Shown here one piece after another: positions 60,428 to 64,000 of a stretch of 64,000 bases of DNA. The translations under genes were made by a program, and so were the position numbers. The DNA is from Fistulifera solaris. Lineage: Eukaryota. Positions within the stretch are counted from its first letter, which is position 1; every line of letters begins with the position of its first letter. Location: the NCBI GenBank assembly GCA_030295235.1, contig AP026126.1, positions 1,674,001 through 1,738,000 on the forward strand, written 5' to 3'. The notes below the pieces were generated by a model. The model saw nothing but the letters and a program-made list of their open reading frames with translations, did no database searches and had not been told where the DNA came from.

Positions 60428-61365
60428 TTAGAGTTCATAGTCATACACCTTGTTTTCGGCAAGAAATTCCTTGAATGCTTCTTCCGGTGATCGTACTTTG
60501 GTGACTCCCTCTTCTCCCACATTCTGTGTGATGCAATCGAGTGCAATTTTCTTTCCCTCACCTTCCGCCAGTGCTGCCACACACAAATTTGCGACATCCG
60601 ACCGACTGATGGATCGCTTCTTACGTTCGAGAAGAATGTCATTGACATCTAACACAAAGTCTTCTACACCAGCCGGACCGTCGGTCAATCCTCCCGGATG
60701 AATGATGCAGTAATCCAATCCGGATTCTACCAAGTAGCGCTCAGCTTTTCGTTTCCACAACAAAATATCCCCATTGCCGTTACCATCTTTGTCTTTGCCC
60801 ACCGAATTCAAGAAGTTCGACGGGTCTGTTCCTCCCATACTTCCCACTAGCACAATATGCTTCACCCCTATTTTCTTGGCCAACTCAATCTGATTGATGA
60901 CTCCCTTGTAATCCACCTGTTCGGGATACTGTCCTCCTTGCCACTTGAATCGGAACGAACGGAAATCAATCGGTTTCTTCCCCCGAAGTAAATTGAAGGG
61001 AGCTTTCAAAAAGCGAGTGCCAAACTGCGTTTTGAAATAACCGGCACGGCCGATGTGCAAATCACAATTTGTGGTGAATTTCCCTGCCAATAACTGGCAA
61101 TGTTTTCATTGTCGGCCGACAATTGCGTAATATCGCACACGACAATTTGATCGATTGTTGTTTGTGGGATCGCCTTGCGTAGTTTTTGCGCCGATTTTTC
61201 CGACCGTACCAACGCTTTGGGATCGAAGCGAGGATCTTTGACGAGTTGTTCAAACACCAATCGTCCCGTTCGTCCTGAAGCGCCGGTGACGAGGACTGGT
61301 TTTAACGACGAACCGATGTTGAAGAGGAATGTCGCGATGACAAGAAATACTATTCGATGAAGCAT
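60428..61365 (-). CDS. Atypical SDR / NAD(P)-binding Rossmann-fold protein with signal peptide; frameshift near 61010
   Basis: VLVTGASGRTG, ICTSAVP, PEQVDY, VGSMGGT, ILLWKRKAE, IIHPGGL, ISRSDVA. Confidence 0.88.
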
Positions 61366-61759
61366 GTTCGTGTCAGATGAGCTTTGTAGTAAAAATCAAA
61401 CGCAAGATATTGTTATTAGATAGTCTGAAGATGGTCGTCGCATGAATAATGACTCCTCATTCTCCGCCGATCGCCAATTTTTTGCTTTCTCATTGTTTTT
61501 CGATGGCGTTGATCATTCATGACGACTCATGACTGAATGCAGTCGCGACGAAATACACACCACACCTTGGACACAAACTACCCTGCTTGGACACAAAGTT
61601 CTTGGTAAATACGCAAGACAACAGTTCACAAGTTTCATCCACATTTACTAGTTGATCCGTGAATGAGCATATGGCAAAACAAACAAAAATTAGGTTAATG
61701 TTATGAATGTCTGGCTCGGAAAGAATAATCAGAGTCATGACTGAAATGCAGTCTTGGTT

Positions 61760-61963
61760 AGATTTTCTGTATGAATGAACTCCACCAGGTCCAGAATTTC
61801 TGGACAGACTAAGATCTTCTGTATGAATGAAATCCACCAAGTCCAGAATTTCTAGACCATCACAGATCTTCTGTATAAATGAAATCCACCTGGTCCAGAA
61901 GTTCTGGACCACTGCAGATCTTCTGTATGAATCAAATCCACCTGGTCCAAAATTTCTGGACCA
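61760..61963. repeat. 52-bp tandem repeat x4, each unit holding a palindrome TGGTCCAGAA-N-TTCTGGACCA
   Basis: Units start at 61760, 61812, 61864 and 61916; degenerate further copy near 63395-63438. Confidence 0.95.
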
Positions 61964-63065
61964 CCGACTATTGCAACATGTCCGACTATTGCAACATGTC
62001 CGACTATTGCAACATGTCCGACTATTGCAACATACATGTCCGACTATTGCAACATGTCCGACTATTGCAACATACATGTCCGACTATTGCAACATGTCCG
62101 ACTATTGCAACATGTCCGACTATTGCAACATGTCCGACTATTGCAACATGTCCGACTATTGCAACATACATGTCCGACTATTGCAACATACATGTCCGAC
62201 TATTGCAACATGTCCGACTATTGCAAATTGTCCGACTATTGCAACATACATGTCCGACTATTGCAACATGTCCGACTATTGCAACATGTCCGACTATTGC
62301 AACATGTCCGACTATTGCAACATGTCCGACTATTGCAACATGTCCGACTATTGCAACATGTCCGACTATTGCAACATGTCCGACTATTGCAACATGTCCG
62401 ACTATTGCAACATGTCCGACTATTGCAACATGTCCGACTATTGCAACATGTCCGACTATTGCAACATGTCCGACTATTGCAACATGTCCGACTATTGCAA
62501 CATGTCCGACTATTGCAACATGTCCGACTATTGCAACATGTCCGACTATTGCAACATGTCCGACTATTGCAACATGTCCGACTATTGCAACATGTCCGAC
62601 TATTGCAACATGTCCGACTATTGCAACATGTCCGACTATTGCAACATGTCCGACTATTGCAACATGTCCGACTATTGCAACATGTCCGACTATTGCAACA
62701 TGTCCGACTATTGCAACATGTCCGACTATTGCAACATGTCCGACTATTGCAACATGTCCGACTATTGCAACATGTCCGACTATTGCAACATGTCCGACTA
62801 TTGCAACATACATGTCCGACTATTGCAACATGTCCGACTATTGCAACATACATGTCCGACTATTGCAACATGTCCGACTATTGCAACATACATGTCCGAC
62901 TATTGCAACATACATGTCCGACTATTGCAACATGTCCGACTATTGCAAATTGTCCGACTATTGCAACATACATGTCCGACTATTGCAACATGTCCGACTA
63001 TTGCAACATGTCCGACTATTGCAACATGTCCGACTATTGCAACATGTCCGACTATTGCAACATGT
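61964..63065. repeat. 18-bp satellite CCGACTATTGCAACATGT, 59 units (47 canonical, 10 with +ACAT, 2 with AATTGT)
   Basis: Counted directly: 49 x 18 + 10 x 22 = 1102 bp. Confidence 0.99.
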
Positions 63066-64000
63066 TTTACTACAACTACAATGAGGGACGAAAATGCTTT
63101 CTCTCTCTTGTTAAAGCGTCAGCAATATCTAGTTTTTTACTGTATTCTTTACCCTGATTGTTTTGCTTATATCCACTTTTTTACAAAGTTTTTGAAAATT
63201 ATCATATTTACCCTGCACCCTCCGGCTGATTTCAACGGAAAAACGACGCTCTGTTTTTGAAAGGCGAAACTCAACGAAGCGCTGTGCTACGAACTTTAAA
63301 ACCTTTTCACCCGAACCCCAACGAGGAAAAGTATCAATTGTTCATACAAGTGGAAGTGTTGTCGTTTTTCGTTGGAGGGCTCAAAGAACTTATTGTCCAG
63401 AATTTCTGGAACTTCCCAGATTTCTGTATGAATGAAATATTTCTCATAGTGATCTTTTGGTCATCACCTGGTATTTACTTGTAATACAGCTTCCAACATG
63501 ATCAGCATGCAACCGTTTCGACAAAGAATGAATCATCATCATCCTTTTGCGTCATTTCTATTGCTTAATTAGACTATGGTGTGGCAAGAAAACCAATACT
63601 ATAGTGCGCTTCATTTGTCGAACCTCACCGCAAAACGGCCCCGTCTCCGCTTACACTTTTTGCATCGACCAAGCCCCTGCTCGGCCGCCGATAACGTTAC
63701 TTCTCGGATAAGAAATCTTTTCATAAAATGCCTAGTGAAATGTATCCGTTCGTCTTTTACCTTCTTTTTGTTGTCGGTGTGCAGGGGTTTGGTCTGTATC
63801 CAGAAATTTACGCAGGCAAGAGTGCCCTGAAAACGTCCTCTTCGGACTATTCTGTATCCGACCAACAACGACGAGACCTGTTCGTCGCTTCTACATCAAC
63901 CACTTTCGAAAACGTCGACCAAGCTCTCGTATACATTGATCCTGAATGTGATCGCCGGTTTTTACATGCCGTTGTGGCGAGTGACTACCGATTGCTTTAC

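Larger units (their letters stand above)
61520..63475. mobile_element. Putative non-autonomous, satellite-carrying interspersed element; boundaries approximate
   Basis: Paired hairpin motifs, 52-bp repeats on both sides of the 18-bp array, and end homology with 420-650; no transposase, TIR or TSD identified. Confidence 0.4.

Noticed and set aside
1836..61365. Frameshifts in MET17, FBP, TRM7, NAP1, the mu-homology and SYLF genes, glutaminyl cyclase, NAA60 and others as pseudogenes or programmed frameshifting
   Set aside because: Those examined are single-base indels in homopolymer runs within otherwise intact housekeeping genes, the usual signature of unpolished long-read assembly; short-read polishing would settle it
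420..61755. The two inverted hairpin loci as termini of one 61-kb transposon
   Set aside because: The interior is ordinary housekeeping genes, similarity is short and diverged, and no TSD is seen; independent insertions are simpler
61760..61963. 52-bp palindromic repeats as a CRISPR array
   Set aside because: Units are contiguous with no unique spacers (only about 6 variable bases), there are no cas genes, and the context is eukaryotic
61964..63065. 18-bp array as telomeric repeat
   Set aside because: No G-rich strand or TTAGGG-like unit, and unique sequence lies on both sides
61827..63260. Long ORFs with MSDYCN, CPTIAT, HVRLLQ, VAIVGH or CCNSRT repeats as real proteins
   Set aside because: By-product of a stop-free 18-bp unit; no synonymous variation, and the 22-bp variants shift frame
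63576..64000. Short ORFs at the window end as a transposase or element gene
   Set aside because: No recognisable motif, interrupted by stops and cut by the window edge

Overview
Gene-dense, intron-containing eukaryotic nuclear DNA. It is most likely from a diatom, judged from plastid-type presequences, short introns and the gene families present. About 33 protein-coding genes are recognisable, including MET17, NDUFB10, a papain protease, bZIP and R2R3-MYB factors, Tic20, an ABC-class ATPase, PWP1, plastid FBPase, TRM7, NAP1, glutaminyl cyclase, two tweety-like paralogs, two TKL kinase paralogs, RPA12, a Rab and NAA60. More than ten conserved genes carry single-base frameshifts, mostly in homopolymers, which points to unpolished long-read assembly error. 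No tRNA, rRNA, CRISPR array or transposase was recognised. The most unusual signals are non-coding: (1) a composite repeat element at 61.5-63.5 kb, made of paired GACTG-N5-CAGTC hairpins, four 52-bp palindrome-bearing repeats and a 59-unit 18-bp satellite with higher-order structure, whose hairpin end recurs inverted at 0.42-0.65 kb; (2) a 34-bp minisatellite at 15.0-15.3 kb sharing a CCA-N7-TGG core with the 52-bp repeat; (3) strong intergenic enrichment of TAC-N3-GTA motifs (TACCWGGTA x15, TACGGAGTA x7); (4) islands of decayed ORFs with stops consistent with C-to-T mutation. All product calls are from motif recognition by eye, not database searches.
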